From Bdellovibrionales bacterium (GTDB taxonomy: Bacteria; Bdellovibrionota; Bdellovibrionia; Bdellovibrionales; UBA1609): a stretch of DNA of 64,000 bases. The stretch spans positions 322,144 through 386,143 of the forward strand of contig OZ241967.1 of NCBI GenBank assembly GCA_965204055.1. The letters run 5' to 3'. Within the stretch, counting starts at the first letter, position 1, and every line of letters begins with the position of its first letter. The translations under genes and the position numbers were made by a program. Shown here piece after piece: positions 35,520 to 45,309 of this stretch. The notes under the pieces are model-generated. The model had not been told where the DNA came from. It searched no databases and saw nothing but the letters and a program-made list of their open reading frames with translations.

Positions 35520-36704
35520 TTAAAAAAGCTCATTTTTCCAAAGTTTTTTCATAAATAGGGAATAAGGCAAAATCTCTATCCCCTGTGTTTTGTCGTTCTT
35601 GGTAAAGCTTTCTGATTCACTTAAAAGTCGAGGCTGAGGTTCTAAACAAACAACAAATCTTTTTTTTAAAGAAGGATATTCTTTTTGGACCTCTTTCAGT
35701 CCTTTTAAATCATGGGAGACAATCTTTTTTTTGGCTTTGGCTTCAATAGCAGTATCCATATTTCCAATAATAAAATCCACCTCTATTCCGTTACTCAATC
35801 TCCAATAAGAAAAATGACAATTCAACTCTTGATAGCTCAGATAAGCTCTTAGTTCATGGTGAACCCAGTTTTCAAAAGCTTTGCCGAAAAAAGGATTGCC
35901 CGGCTGTAAATCCAATCTCCTGGCGAGATGATTAACAATACCCACATCACAAAAATAAAATTTAGGTATAGATCTGGTTCTTCTTTTAGGCTTTTTCCTG
36001 TAACAAGGTAGAAAGGAACCTATTAAAGTATCTCTAAGAATGTAAAAATAATTTTTTGCTGTAACAGCTGAAATACCGCATTCTCTGGCAATATTTGTAA
36101 AACTCACCGGCTCTGTGTCCGATAGAGCTGATAACTCTAAAAAATCATTAAAGACAGAAAAATTTTGAATAAAGCCCTCGTGTGCAATCTCTTCCCGTAA
36201 ATAATCATCACAGTAACTTTTTAGAGCACGTTTCGGGTTTTTAGTGGCAAAAATTCCAGGGAGATAGCCGTTGTTTAACCTATCATTTAAAGAAAAATCT
36301 GACTTTAATTCTGAAGAAACAAAGCCAAATAGTTCAAAACGATCAGCGCGACCTCCCAATAAATTAATGTGCCCCTGTTTAAGACGTTTCGCACTGGAAC
36401 CACAAAGCCCAAACACTAATTTTTTATTTTCAATAAGCCAATGCACTTCATTCAGCAGTTCCGGTACTTTTTGGATTTCATCAATAATAATAAGAGATTT
36501 TTTAAACTGGGGGGAAGAAAGCTCTTGCCTGAGAAGAGAGGGGGTTTTCTTATATCGCACAAATTTATCTGTGTTCAGCAGATCAATGAAAAAAGCATGG
36601 GGATAAACAACCTTAAGAAGGGAGCTTTTTCCTGTTTGCCGTGCCCCCCATAGAAAAAAACTGCGGGAGGGTTTTTTATCCAAAATCAATTTCCGGGTGT
36701 ACAT
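35520..36704 (-). CDS. AAA+ ATPase with DUF4143-type C-terminal domain (paralogue C)
   Basis: FLWGARQTGKS, IIIDEIQKVPE, LCGSSAKRLKQ, C-terminal GIEVDFIIGNMDTAIEAKA. Confidence 0.8.
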   Translation of the reverse strand: MYTRKLILDKKPSRSFFLWGARQTGKSSLLKVVYPHAFFIDLLNTDKFVRYKKTPSLLRQELSSPQFKKSLIIIDEIQKVPELLNEVHWLIENKKLVFGLCGSSAKRLKQGHINLLGGRADRFELFGFVSSELKSDFSLNDRLNNGYLPGIFATKNPKRALKSYCDDYLREEIAHEGFIQNFSVFNDFLELSALSDTEPVSFTNIARECGISAVTAKNYFYILRDTLIGSFLPCYRKKPKRRTRSIPKFYFCDVGIVNHLARRLDLQPGNPFFGKAFENWVHHELRAYLSYQELNCHFSYWRLSNGIEVDFIIGNMDTAIEAKAKKKIVSHDLKGLKEVQKEYPSLKKRFVVCLEPQPRLLSESESFTKNDKTQGIEILPYSLFMKKLWKNELF

Positions 36705-36850
36705 ACAAATCTTTATACAATGATTTTGTGCAAAAACAAATCATTATTTTATTATTACATGAAAAAATAAAATAACACTTTAAAAAAACACCAAGAGGAG
36801 ATTTTATCAAAAAACTGGTTTTTTAACTAGCTTTTTTGATGAAAAACTTT

Positions 36851-37440
36851 TCAAAAGCGGTTTTTAAGCTTTTTAATCTCTTCTTCAGAAAGCCCAGTGA
36901 TTTCAGAAATAAAGGAAATATCCAATTTTTTCTGCATCATATTTAAAGCTACTTTTTGCATACCTTCCTGTCTGCCTTTTTCTAAGCCTTCATCAAAGGC
37001 GTAAGCTTTCTCTGCCTTCTGAAAGAAACTTCTCCCGTGCTTCCTCTTCCCGGCGCAAAACCTCATCTTGTGATAAGTCCCTTAAATGTTCTACCGCTCT
37101 TTTCATCTCCTCCCCTTTGTTTGATAAAATCTCACATTCCCTCACACTTATACTGTCAGATTTCTTTAAAATATAACACCATAAGTCACGAAAATCAAAC
37201 ATATTGTTAAGCTCTGATAAATATTCCCTCTGAAATCGGCTTAACTCCACAAATACTATCCGTAAATCATCACTTAATCCAAAATGAGGCGGATCATCCA
37301 ACCGCAAAGAAAAAGAATTGATAAAATACCTTCTTTCTCTTTGGTTCTTGAGTAACGATTTTTTGCCACCAGATACTTTAAACTGCTCTGGCTTAAATAC
37401 ATCAAAGTCTGTAAAAATGAGAGAATAAACAGGTTCACTT
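36851..37440 (-). pseudogene. Rpn/YhgA-like PD-(D/E)xK recombination-promoting nuclease (putative transposase), truncated and frameshifted
   Basis: Two overlapping ORFs. One carries ...IVFVELSRF...DFRDLWCYILK...; the other carries the family-typical tail AFDEGLEKGRQEGMQKVALNMMQKKLDISFISEITGLSEEEIKKLK. The N-terminal nuclease core is missing. Confidence 0.6.
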
Positions 37441-37602
37441 AATCAAAGGTTTGTCATGGGATCAGGTAAAGGTGATAAGCGGAAATATAGATCAATAACT
37501 CACTTAATCAGTGGTTTTTCGTGGGGGACTGTATATAGAAAGCTTGATTTTAGTTTGAAATCCAAGTAAATTACTACTTATTTCCTTTATGTGAGGTATA
37601 TT

Positions 37603-38517
37603 ATGACTGAACAGGTAAAAAAAATACTGGATTTTTACAAGTCAGAAAACCCAGGAGTGATAAATAATTTAAGCCGGATTTTAAATCATGGCTACTTGGG
37701 CGGAACAGGTAAAATGGTTATTTTGCCTGTAGATCAGGGTTTTGAGCATGGCCCGGTTCTTAGTTTTTCAGAAAACCAAGCTGGTTATGATCCTCATTAT
37801 CATTTTAAGCTATCTATATCTGGCGGTTGCAATGCTTATGCCACCCCGTTGGGTTTTTTACGGGCAGGCGCAAGGGAGTTTGCCGGACAAATTCCTCTTA
37901 TCTTAAAAGTCAACAATTCTGATAGCCTTTACAAAGATTCCGCTGGTCCTGCTCCGGCGTTAACCTCTTCGGTGGAGTCTGCTTTGGAGTTAGGCTGTGT
38001 GGCAGTGGGTTGGACTATTTATCCCGGAAGCGAGCAAAGAAAACAAATGTATGAGGAAGTAGCTCGCGCATCTGAACAGGCCAGGAAATACGGCCTTGTG
38101 GTAGTAATTTGGTCTTACCCCAGAGGAAAAGGAGTAAGCAAACAAGGGGAAACGGCTTTAGATGTGGTGGCTTACTCTGCTCATATTGCATCTCAGTTAG
38201 GGGCGCATATTATTAAAGTAAAACCTCCCTCAAGTTATATTGAAAATGCTCAAGCCAAAGATAAACTGAAAGATAAAAACATAACCACGCTTTCTGATCG
38301 CGTTCGTTATGTAGTTCAATCCGCTTTTAATGGAAAAAGAATTGTGATTTTTAGTGGGGGTCCAGCTAAAGAAAAAGAAATGTTTATTAAAGAGATTAAG
38401 GAATTAGCCAAGGGGGGGTCTTTCGGCAGTATTGTAGGGCGTAATGCTTTTAAACGACCTTTTGATAAAGCAGTTAGCCTGCTTAAGGAAATAATGGATA
38501 TTTACAAAACCACCTAA
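37603..38517 (+). CDS. Class I fructose-bisphosphate aldolase (DhnA/archaeal type, DeoC/LacD superfamily)
   Basis: MVILPVDQGFEHGP, Schiff-base lysine context GAHIIKVKPP, FSGGP...GGSFGSIVGRN. Confidence 0.8.
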   Translation: MTEQVKKILDFYKSENPGVINNLSRILNHGYLGGTGKMVILPVDQGFEHGPVLSFSENQAGYDPHYHFKLSISGGCNAYATPLGFLRAGAREFAGQIPLILKVNNSDSLYKDSAGPAPALTSSVESALELGCVAVGWTIYPGSEQRKQMYEEVARASEQARKYGLVVVIWSYPRGKGVSKQGETALDVVAYSAHIASQLGAHIIKVKPPSSYIENAQAKDKLKDKNITTLSDRVRYVVQSAFNGKRIVIFSGGPAKEKEMFIKEIKELAKGGSFGSIVGRNAFKRPFDKAVSLLKEIMDIYKTT

Positions 38518-38541
38518 AACCTTTAACAGTGATCTCTCCAG

Positions 38542-38802
38542 TTAATGAGTTAATTTTTGAGGAAGTAGATATTTTAAACATTTTCTTAGCTTTGGATCAT
38601 CTGATCTATAATACTTCCCATTAATTTTAAAGTATTTATATTTCTTTTCTTTTTCATCAATATTTTTAGTCTCAGGCACCATATTCTGAATAATACAATT
38701 TTTCTCTTCTCTTGTTAAAATAAGAGGTTCATCAATAATATAATCTTTTTTACAAGCAGAAAACAATAAAAAAACCACAACCCATCTCATTTTAATCATC
38801 AA
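38542..38802 (-). CDS. Small hypothetical lipoprotein
   Basis: MMIKMRWVVVFLLFSAC signal/lipobox. 86 aa. Confidence 0.5.
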   Translation of the reverse strand: MMIKMRWVVVFLLFSACKKDYIIDEPLILTREEKNCIIQNMVPETKNIDEKEKKYKYFKINGKYYRSDDPKLRKCLKYLLPQKLTH

Positions 38803-39507
38803 CTCCTATCAAAATGGGCAAAAGGTTACTCCTTATATCAAAGTTATGGTTATTAAAAAACCTTTCAATGTCTTTGTGTGATGGATAAACTCTTTTCCCT
38901 CGATTAGTACAAGGAAACATAATATTAGCTGAATCCCAAGTATGCTTTAAACCAATAGCATGGCCTAACTCATGCGTCGCAATCGTTAGAAAGTCCATTT
39001 TATTACGATCCACTTCTTTGGGCCAATTCCAGTTGTTGTTTGAAGGGTTTTGTTCCTCAAAATGCCATACTCGATCAGTATTCATATTTATATATACCCC
39101 TTTAATTGTATCAGACACCCAGTACCATTTATTTGATTTGGAAGTAACTTCTCTGATGTCCATATTATATAAGAAGATTCCTTATAATCTGAATAATTAC
39201 CAGTTACAATAAAATAAGAAAATAATTTTTGAGGATATTCTCCTGGTTTTTTTAAATACTTTTCTAAGTAAGTTCTGTAAACTTTATTCCAAATCATTGT
39301 CGCGTAAATATACATTGTTGCTTTTTTCTCCCCTATTCTGGAATCAATAACTACAGGAATTGGAAATAAAGGATAGTGCCAATTCTCTGGCTGATCAGTG
39401 ATTAAGTTCTTTACATCACATTGCTCATTACCTCCACCTCCTATATTTATAGTTTCAGCGTCCACAAATGAAACCCATATAAGAATAAAGGCAATGTATT
39501 TTCTCAT
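38792..39507 (-). pseudogene. Matrixin-like (M10) zinc metalloprotease split by a frameshift
   Basis: The upstream ORF (39088-39507) supplies the signal peptide and pro-region. The downstream ORF (38792-39163) supplies HELGHAIGLKH. The two overlap in different frames near TATATAATATGG (about 39160). Confidence 0.6.
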
Positions 39508-39587
39508 TTCTAACCAGTTTGATTTTGCTTATAAATTTTATAGATTGTTTTTCGTGTCATAACTGTTTTGTTTTACATTTGATTTAT

Positions 39588-39755
39588 TTAAAATTTAATA
39601 TAGGCCCCTCCTCCCAGTTTTTTTATCAGTTTGCTTTTTAGATATTGATGGATAGACTGGGGGCTGATATTATGTGATTCAAACCAAGAGCGTGTATGGA
39701 TGGCCTCATCCTGCCAGTTCAGAAACAATCGGTTTTTTATCGGTTTTCTTTTCAT
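39588..39755 (-). pseudogene. AbiEi-type antitoxin N-terminal fragment (55 codons)
   Basis: MKRKPIKNRLFLNWQDEAIHTRSWFESHNISPQSIHQYLKSKLIKKLGGGAYIKF resembles the N-terminal wHTH of AbiEi_3-like proteins (...SGWL.KLG.GVY). The rest of the gene is absent. Confidence 0.45.
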
Positions 39756-39930
39756 AGGTTATATCCTTGTATAGTTTAAATATATCACAAAAAATCAATA
39801 AATAGTATATAAAATGTAGAAAAAATAAACTTTTTACTTAATTTCAGAAAAAAAGTGCTCTGTTTTGCCCGTCTATAGTCTAATGCGATCGCAGACAAAG
39901 AACCACGGCTTTAGCCGTGGTAGTCTATAT

Positions 39931-40073
39931 AGTGAAACGTGAAAAAGTATGTTATTTTGACTGGATTCTCCTTTGAAAAATGCTAAAAGTCCGTTGGGCT
40001 TTCATTTTAGGTTCTGGATACCCGCTTTCGCGGGTATGACAGCGAAGGAGAATGAGGTTTATCACGGAGGACT
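39931..40073. mobile_element. MITE-like element (core type B)
   Basis: Ends AGTGAAACGTGAAAAAG ... GGTTTATCACGGAGGACT. Perfect 4-bp flanks ATAT/ATAT. Hairpin GGATACCCGC-TTTC-GCGGGTATG. Confidence 0.75.
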
Positions 40074-40208
40074 ATATAATTCAGGTTTTTTTGATTTTTT
40101 TTAAGCAAGATCTTTATAGCTATTTCAAAAAGGCCGATACAGTTCACATTGTGGAGATATCTCAAGGAAATTCATCTCTTTAGGAAAGAGTATTAAGGGA
40201 GGTATATA

Positions 40209-40343
40209 ATGGATATTATTGGTGCTTTGTCAACAAGTAATTTTTTAAATGAAACAGATGTGAGAGAAGACTTTGTAAGTCCATTACTTAAAGCTTTAGG
40301 TTACTCGATTAGACATCTTCTTAATTTACTTGTAGTAGGTTAA
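40209..40343 (+). pseudogene. HsdR_N-like (type I restriction enzyme R N-terminal domain) scrap, 44 codons
   Basis: MDIIGALSTSNFLNETDVREDFVSPLLKALGYS... matches the typical start of the HsdR_N domain (sE.dvr..fi.PlL.aLGy), then terminates. Confidence 0.4.
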
Positions 40344-40384
40344 AGGAGAAGGATTTTAAATTCTAAAGTTAAAGGAAGTAAAAA

Positions 40385-41860
40385 ATGAGTATAGAAAAAA
40401 AAGAAAATATTTTAAAAGAAGAAAAGAAAAGAAAGTTAAATCTGCTTTTAGAAAAAAACCTCAACCCCTATCCTCACAATTTTAAGCGCGCCCAGGTAAG
40501 CTCTCAAATTAAAACCCAGTATGCGCATTTAAAACCGGGTGAGTCCGCAGAAGAGCCAACAAAAACCGCTGGTCGGTTAATGCTTAAAAGAAGTATGGGT
40601 AAAGTGGCCTTTTTCAATATTCAAGATCAAGAGGGAGATTTGCAGTGCTATCTTAAGATTCAAGAGTTAGATAAACAGTCCGCTCAGTTTTTTTCTTTGG
40701 TGGATATTGGAGATATTGTAGGAATGCAGGGGACTGTGTTTCGTACTAAAAGAGGGGAGCTGACTTTGCGCTGTTCGGAATTTCAAATTTTGTGTAAAAG
40801 CCTGGAACCTCTTCCTGAAAAATATCATGGTGTAGAAGATAAAGAACTAAAATACCGCCGAAGGTATTTAGATTTGATTATGAATCCTGATTCTAAAAAA
40901 GTGTTTCTTATTCGATCAAAAGTGATAAAGGAAATTCGTGCCTTTATGGATAAGCGGGGTTTTTTAGAGGTGGATACCCCTGTTCTTCAACCTCTTTATG
41001 GTGGGGCGGAGGCCCGGCCTTTTTCTACTCATCATCACGCTTTGGACTCTCATTTATATTTAAAAATATCTCCTGAGCTTTACCTAAAACGATTGATTAT
41101 AGGTGGGTTTGAGAAAGTTTACGAGTTAGGAAAAAACTTTAGAAACGAGGGCATTGATCGCTCCCACAACCCAGAGTTTATGATGTTAGAATATTACGAA
41201 GCTTACACAGATTATTTGGATCAGATGAAGCAGTTTGAAGAATTAGTTTGCCATGTAGTTAAAAATGTCCGGGGCAGTTTAAAGTTTGAGTATCAAGGCC
41301 GGGTTTTAGACTTTACTCCTCCTTGGAAAAGGATTAATGTATTAGAGGGGATTACACAACACGCTGGTTTTTCTTTAGAGAAAATGAGTAATAAAGAATT
41401 ATTTGATAAAATAAAATCCCTGGGGTCAGATATGGAAAAAGAAACCAGCCGGGGAGCTATGATTATGGAGGCTTTTGAGTTAACTGTAGAAAAGCATATT
41501 TGGCATCCGGTGTTTATTACTGATTTTCCGAAAGACATATCCCCTTTAACCAAAGAGCACAGGAGCGAAAAAGATCTGGTAGAACGATTTGAGCCGTATG
41601 TAGCAGGTATGGAATTAGGTAATGCCTATACAGAGTTAAACGATCCAGTGGATCAAAGAAACAGATTAGAGGAGCAAGAGAGAAAAAGAAAGTTAAATAA
41701 AGAGGCCCATGCTATGGATTATGAGTTTGCTCGTGCAGTGGATACAGGTATGCCTCCCACAGGGGGTGTGGGTTTGGGGGTAGAGCGTCTCATTCTTTTA
41801 TTGGCTGATCAACGTAGTATTAGAGACATTATTTTATTCCCCACTTTAAAATCTCTTTAA
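40385..41860 (+). CDS. lysS: Lysine--tRNA ligase (class II)
   Basis: OB-fold N-domain, class II motifs (FLEVDTPVLQ, FRNEGIDRSHNPEFMMLEYY, GGVGLGVERL). 491 aa. Confidence 0.93.
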   Translation: MSIEKKENILKEEKKRKLNLLLEKNLNPYPHNFKRAQVSSQIKTQYAHLKPGESAEEPTKTAGRLMLKRSMGKVAFFNIQDQEGDLQCYLKIQELDKQSAQFFSLVDIGDIVGMQGTVFRTKRGELTLRCSEFQILCKSLEPLPEKYHGVEDKELKYRRRYLDLIMNPDSKKVFLIRSKVIKEIRAFMDKRGFLEVDTPVLQPLYGGAEARPFSTHHHALDSHLYLKISPELYLKRLIIGGFEKVYELGKNFRNEGIDRSHNPEFMMLEYYEAYTDYLDQMKQFEELVCHVVKNVRGSLKFEYQGRVLDFTPPWKRINVLEGITQHAGFSLEKMSNKELFDKIKSLGSDMEKETSRGAMIMEAFELTVEKHIWHPVFITDFPKDISPLTKEHRSEKDLVERFEPYVAGMELGNAYTELNDPVDQRNRLEEQERKRKLNKEAHAMDYEFARAVDTGMPPTGGVGLGVERLILLLADQRSIRDIILFPTLKSL

Positions 41861-41878
41861 ATTAAAGTGCAGGTAAAG

Positions 41879-43438
41879 ATGAAAAAGAAATATAAAAAAT
41901 CAAAGCTGGAAAAAGAACCTATAGAAAAAAAACTGTGGCGGTCCGCAGATAGCTTGAGAAAAAATATTGATGCCGCTGAATACAAGCATATTGTGCTGGG
42001 GTTAATTTTCCTAAAATATATTTCTGATTCTTTTGAGGCCCTTTACAGTAAACTTAAAAAAGCACGAGGTAAATACGCAAAGGCTGATTTAGAAGATCGG
42101 GACGAATACAAGGCAGAAAATGTTTTTTTTGTGCCTCCTTTAGCTCGTTGGTCTTATTTACGCTCTCGTGCTAAAATGCCAGAAATTGGTCGGGACATTG
42201 ATTCAGCAATGTCTGCCATTGAAAAAGATAACCCTGCATTAAAAAATGTTCTTCCAAAGGTATATGCTAAAGGTAACTTAGATCCGATAAGCCTTGGGAA
42301 ACTTATTGATGAGCTGAGCAATATTGATATGGAGTCTGCTAAAAATCACAGTGCAGATATTTTAGGCCATGTGTTTGAATATTTTTTAGGTCAATTTGGC
42401 CTGGCAGAGGGTAAAAAGGGTGGGCAGTTTTACACCCCTCGCTCTGTTGTAAAACTTTTGGTGGAAATGCTTAAGCCTTACAAGGGTAAGGTGTTTGATC
42501 CTTGCGCAGGAACAGGCGGTATGTTTGTGCAGTCGGAAGAATTTATTAAAGAGCATCAGGGGCGCATTAATGATATTTCCATTTACGGACAGGAGAGCAA
42601 CCAAACCACTTGGCGACTATCTAAGATGAACTTGGCTATTCGTGGGATTGAAAGTTCAAAGGTAAAATGGAACAGTGAAGGTTCTTTTTTGAAAAACGCT
42701 CACCCGGATTTAAAAGCGGATTACATTATTGCTAACCCACCTTTTAACGACAGCAGTTGGGGCCAGGCTTTGCTTAAACAGGATGGACGGTGGAAGTATG
42801 GTTTGCCACCAGAGGGGAATGCTAATTTTGCCTGGATCCAGCATTTTATTCATCATTTAAAACCTCCGGCAGAAAATCAACCAGGTGGTCAAGCGGGCTT
42901 TGTGATGGCTAAAGGTTCTTTAACTTCTAAATCTTCAAACGAAGATAAAATCCGAAAAAACATGGTCGAAGATCATCTTATAGACTGCATTGTAAATTTG
43001 CCTGCAAAACTTTTTTTAAACACTCAAATTCCTGCATCTCTTTGGTTTTTAAGAAGGGGGAAAACTTATCGTCGAGATCAAATTCTTTTTATTGACGCCA
43101 GAAATAAGGGGCGTCTTATCAACCGCCGAAACCGCGTGTTGGACGATGAGGATATTCATAAAATTGCTCATGTATATCGTAGCTGGTTAGCAGAAGGGGA
43201 GAGTCCTTTACTTTACACAGATGAACCAGGTTTTTGTGCTTCTGTTTCTATTCAAAAGATCCGGGAGTTAGATTACATTTTAAGTCCGGGTCGTTATGTA
43301 GGGTTACCGGAGGAAGACGATGACTTTAATTTTGCAGAAAAATTTACAGAATTAAAGGGCCGTTTAGATCAGCAAATGAAGGAGGAGGCAAAATTAAACA
43401 GTCGCATTAAAAAAAACCTCTCTCGCATTGATATATGA
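41879..43438 (+). CDS. hsdM: Type I restriction-modification methyltransferase subunit
   Basis: HsdM N-domain (LWRSADSLRKNIDAAEYKHIVLGLIFLKYISD), GQFYTPRSVVKLLVEML, DPCAGTGGMF, catalytic IIANPPFN. Starts 18 nt after the lysS stop. Confidence 0.9.
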   Translation: MKKKYKKSKLEKEPIEKKLWRSADSLRKNIDAAEYKHIVLGLIFLKYISDSFEALYSKLKKARGKYAKADLEDRDEYKAENVFFVPPLARWSYLRSRAKMPEIGRDIDSAMSAIEKDNPALKNVLPKVYAKGNLDPISLGKLIDELSNIDMESAKNHSADILGHVFEYFLGQFGLAEGKKGGQFYTPRSVVKLLVEMLKPYKGKVFDPCAGTGGMFVQSEEFIKEHQGRINDISIYGQESNQTTWRLSKMNLAIRGIESSKVKWNSEGSFLKNAHPDLKADYIIANPPFNDSSWGQALLKQDGRWKYGLPPEGNANFAWIQHFIHHLKPPAENQPGGQAGFVMAKGSLTSKSSNEDKIRKNMVEDHLIDCIVNLPAKLFLNTQIPASLWFLRRGKTYRRDQILFIDARNKGRLINRRNRVLDDEDIHKIAHVYRSWLAEGESPLLYTDEPGFCASVSIQKIRELDYILSPGRYVGLPEEDDDFNFAEKFTELKGRLDQQMKEEAKLNSRIKKNLSRIDI

Positions 43439-43462
43439 TGTCCCGCTCGGTTTAAAAAACCC

Positions 43463-43491
43463 TTGACTTTTTATACTTAAAAGGATATAAT
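43463..43491 (+). promoter_or_regulatory. Consensus sigma70 promoter (TTGACT-17-TATAAT)
   Basis: -35 at 43463-43468 and -10 at 43486-43491. Followed by a leader of about 165 nt before the 43660 gene. Confidence 0.6.
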
Positions 43492-43659
43492 GTTTACTGT
43501 TTTATTTTGACTCTCAGTGTTATAGAAATAGGATTTCTGTTTTTTTTGAGTATTAGCTATAAAGTGGAAATCCCTTAATCAGACAGCTAAATTTCAAACT
43601 GGTTGGGTTTGATGAAGCTATAAAAGGTAGGGGTTGCAAACCAATAAAAAAATTAAGAG

Positions 43660-44220
43660 GTGGTAATGACTTTAGCCAGTAAAAAATTAAAAGAGCTTAT
43701 TGATGAAGCAACATCTAAAAAATCCGGAGTGGACTGGGATAGGGTTTTAGTGGAATGGAAAAGCCATGTCCACCATTTGTATAAACAAGTTGAAATCTGG
43801 ATAAGAAAGTCAGGTGCGTTTAATAAAATACAATTGGATAAGCGGGAAATAACAATTTCTGAAAACCACATTGGTTCTTATCAAATAGATCAGCTGATAT
43901 GGACAGTAGGTGGTCATATTATCAACTTTATTCCTCAAGGAAGATTGATTATAGGTGCCAAAGGTAGGGTGGACATCATTTGTGGTAGCCGAAAAGCACT
44001 TCTTTTGCTGTTGAGCAAAGATGGGCAACCCTCTATAAAAACCCAGGAGTTTAATACAGAACTTGAATATGAAAAGTACAAAGAGCGCGAAAGCAAAAAG
44101 ATAAAAAAACACAGATCACAAGATCTGGTATGGAAAATCTCAAGGCAAATACCAACAACTGGGGTAAGTCTCTTTACTGAAAATGAATTTACAGAAGTTT
44201 TTGAACAACTGATTGCTTAG
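43660..44220 (+). CDS. Hypothetical protein embedded in the hsd locus (186 aa)
   Basis: ORF with a GAGGTGG RBS. No recognisable motif. Confidence 0.6.
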   Translation: MVMTLASKKLKELIDEATSKKSGVDWDRVLVEWKSHVHHLYKQVEIWIRKSGAFNKIQLDKREITISENHIGSYQIDQLIWTVGGHIINFIPQGRLIIGAKGRVDIICGSRKALLLLLSKDGQPSIKTQEFNTELEYEKYKERESKKIKKHRSQDLVWKISRQIPTTGVSLFTENEFTEVFEQLIA

Positions 44221-44330
44221 GATGAGTGTACTCTGGTTTTAACAACCTTTAGTCACTTTTTATTTCAATACTTTATTTTATAATAACAGGAATACGGTAT
44301 AATTAATTTAAGCAAATGGAATAGGTTGGA

Positions 44331-44882
44331 ATGATAAAAATAAATATATTTTATGATATAAATAGTTGTTATATTCATTCTCGATTAGCTTTAACCCGGC
44401 TTGAGAGAACAATAAAAACGCGCCCTGATGATATAAATGAATTACAGGACTTTTTAGGTATGACTGAAAATGAAGCCAGACAGTATTTTCAAAAATTACA
44501 AGATGAATTGGAAACAGCGTATGTTTTTAAAATTGTGTCTGCTATGGAAGCAGTTTTTAGGCAGGATTTTAATAAACGGGTGAGAAAACGAAAACTAAGC
44601 CAAGAACCAAATAAAAGTTTTAAAAAAATATTTAAAAAAAAAGCCACCCTTAGCAGAGTTCATTTGAAAGAAGATATATTGGAAATATGGAAAAAGAAGG
44701 TGCATGGTGTACATAAACCCACTATTTCCAAATTTTATGAACTTATAAATTATCGCCATTGGATAGCGCATGGGCAATATTGGTTATATCAGCAAAAAAA
44801 ATTTGATATACCATCAACTATAACAATTGTAACAAGTGTATTTAATGAGTGCCGACGTGTAGCACCTGATTTTAGTCATTAA
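44331..44882 (+). CDS. Predicted HEPN-domain protein (RiboL-PSP/Swt1-like)
   Basis: C-terminal Rx4H motif in ELINYRHWIAHGQYW. All-helical look. Located between hsdM and hsdS. Confidence 0.55.
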   Translation: MIKINIFYDINSCYIHSRLALTRLERTIKTRPDDINELQDFLGMTENEARQYFQKLQDELETAYVFKIVSAMEAVFRQDFNKRVRKRKLSQEPNKSFKKIFKKKATLSRVHLKEDILEIWKKKVHGVHKPTISKFYELINYRHWIAHGQYWLYQQKKFDIPSTITIVTSVFNECRRVAPDFSH

Positions 44883-44892
44883 GGAAGAGCAA

Positions 44893-45309
44893 ATGAGCAA
44901 TATCAATTATGAAAAACTAAAAAAATCTCTTGAGAAATTGGAAGAACAATATGAAAATTTTCTCACATTGGATAAAAAAAATATATCCGATCTTGATAAA
45001 GAGGCTATTAAAGAATCTGTTATACATAGGTTTGAAGTTTGCTATGACATTTTTTTTAAAAGTTTGAAAAAATATCTCCAGAAAGAAGGATTAACTGTGG
45101 ACTCAAGTGCCCCAAGAGCTATCCTTCGTAAAGCTAATGAAAGCGGTTTGATAGATCAGGAAACATTAGATAATTGGTTTGCCCATATTGAGTTAAGAAT
45201 AGGAACAGCTCACGACTACAGTTTAGAGAAAGCAGAACAAGCTTTAAGAAAAATAAGTGATTTTATTGAAGATGTGAAAGATATTTACAAAGTGATGTGT
45301 TCTTTATAA
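44893..45309 (+). CDS. HEPN-domain protein, HI0074 family (nucleotidyltransferase substrate-binding protein)
   Basis: ESVIHRFEVCYDIFFKSLKKYL and the Rx4H motif ELRIGTAHDYS. 138 aa. Followed by an MNT domain. Confidence 0.75.
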   Translation: MSNINYEKLKKSLEKLEEQYENFLTLDKKNISDLDKEAIKESVIHRFEVCYDIFFKSLKKYLQKEGLTVDSSAPRAILRKANESGLIDQETLDNWFAHIELRIGTAHDYSLEKAEQALRKISDFIEDVKDIYKVMCSL

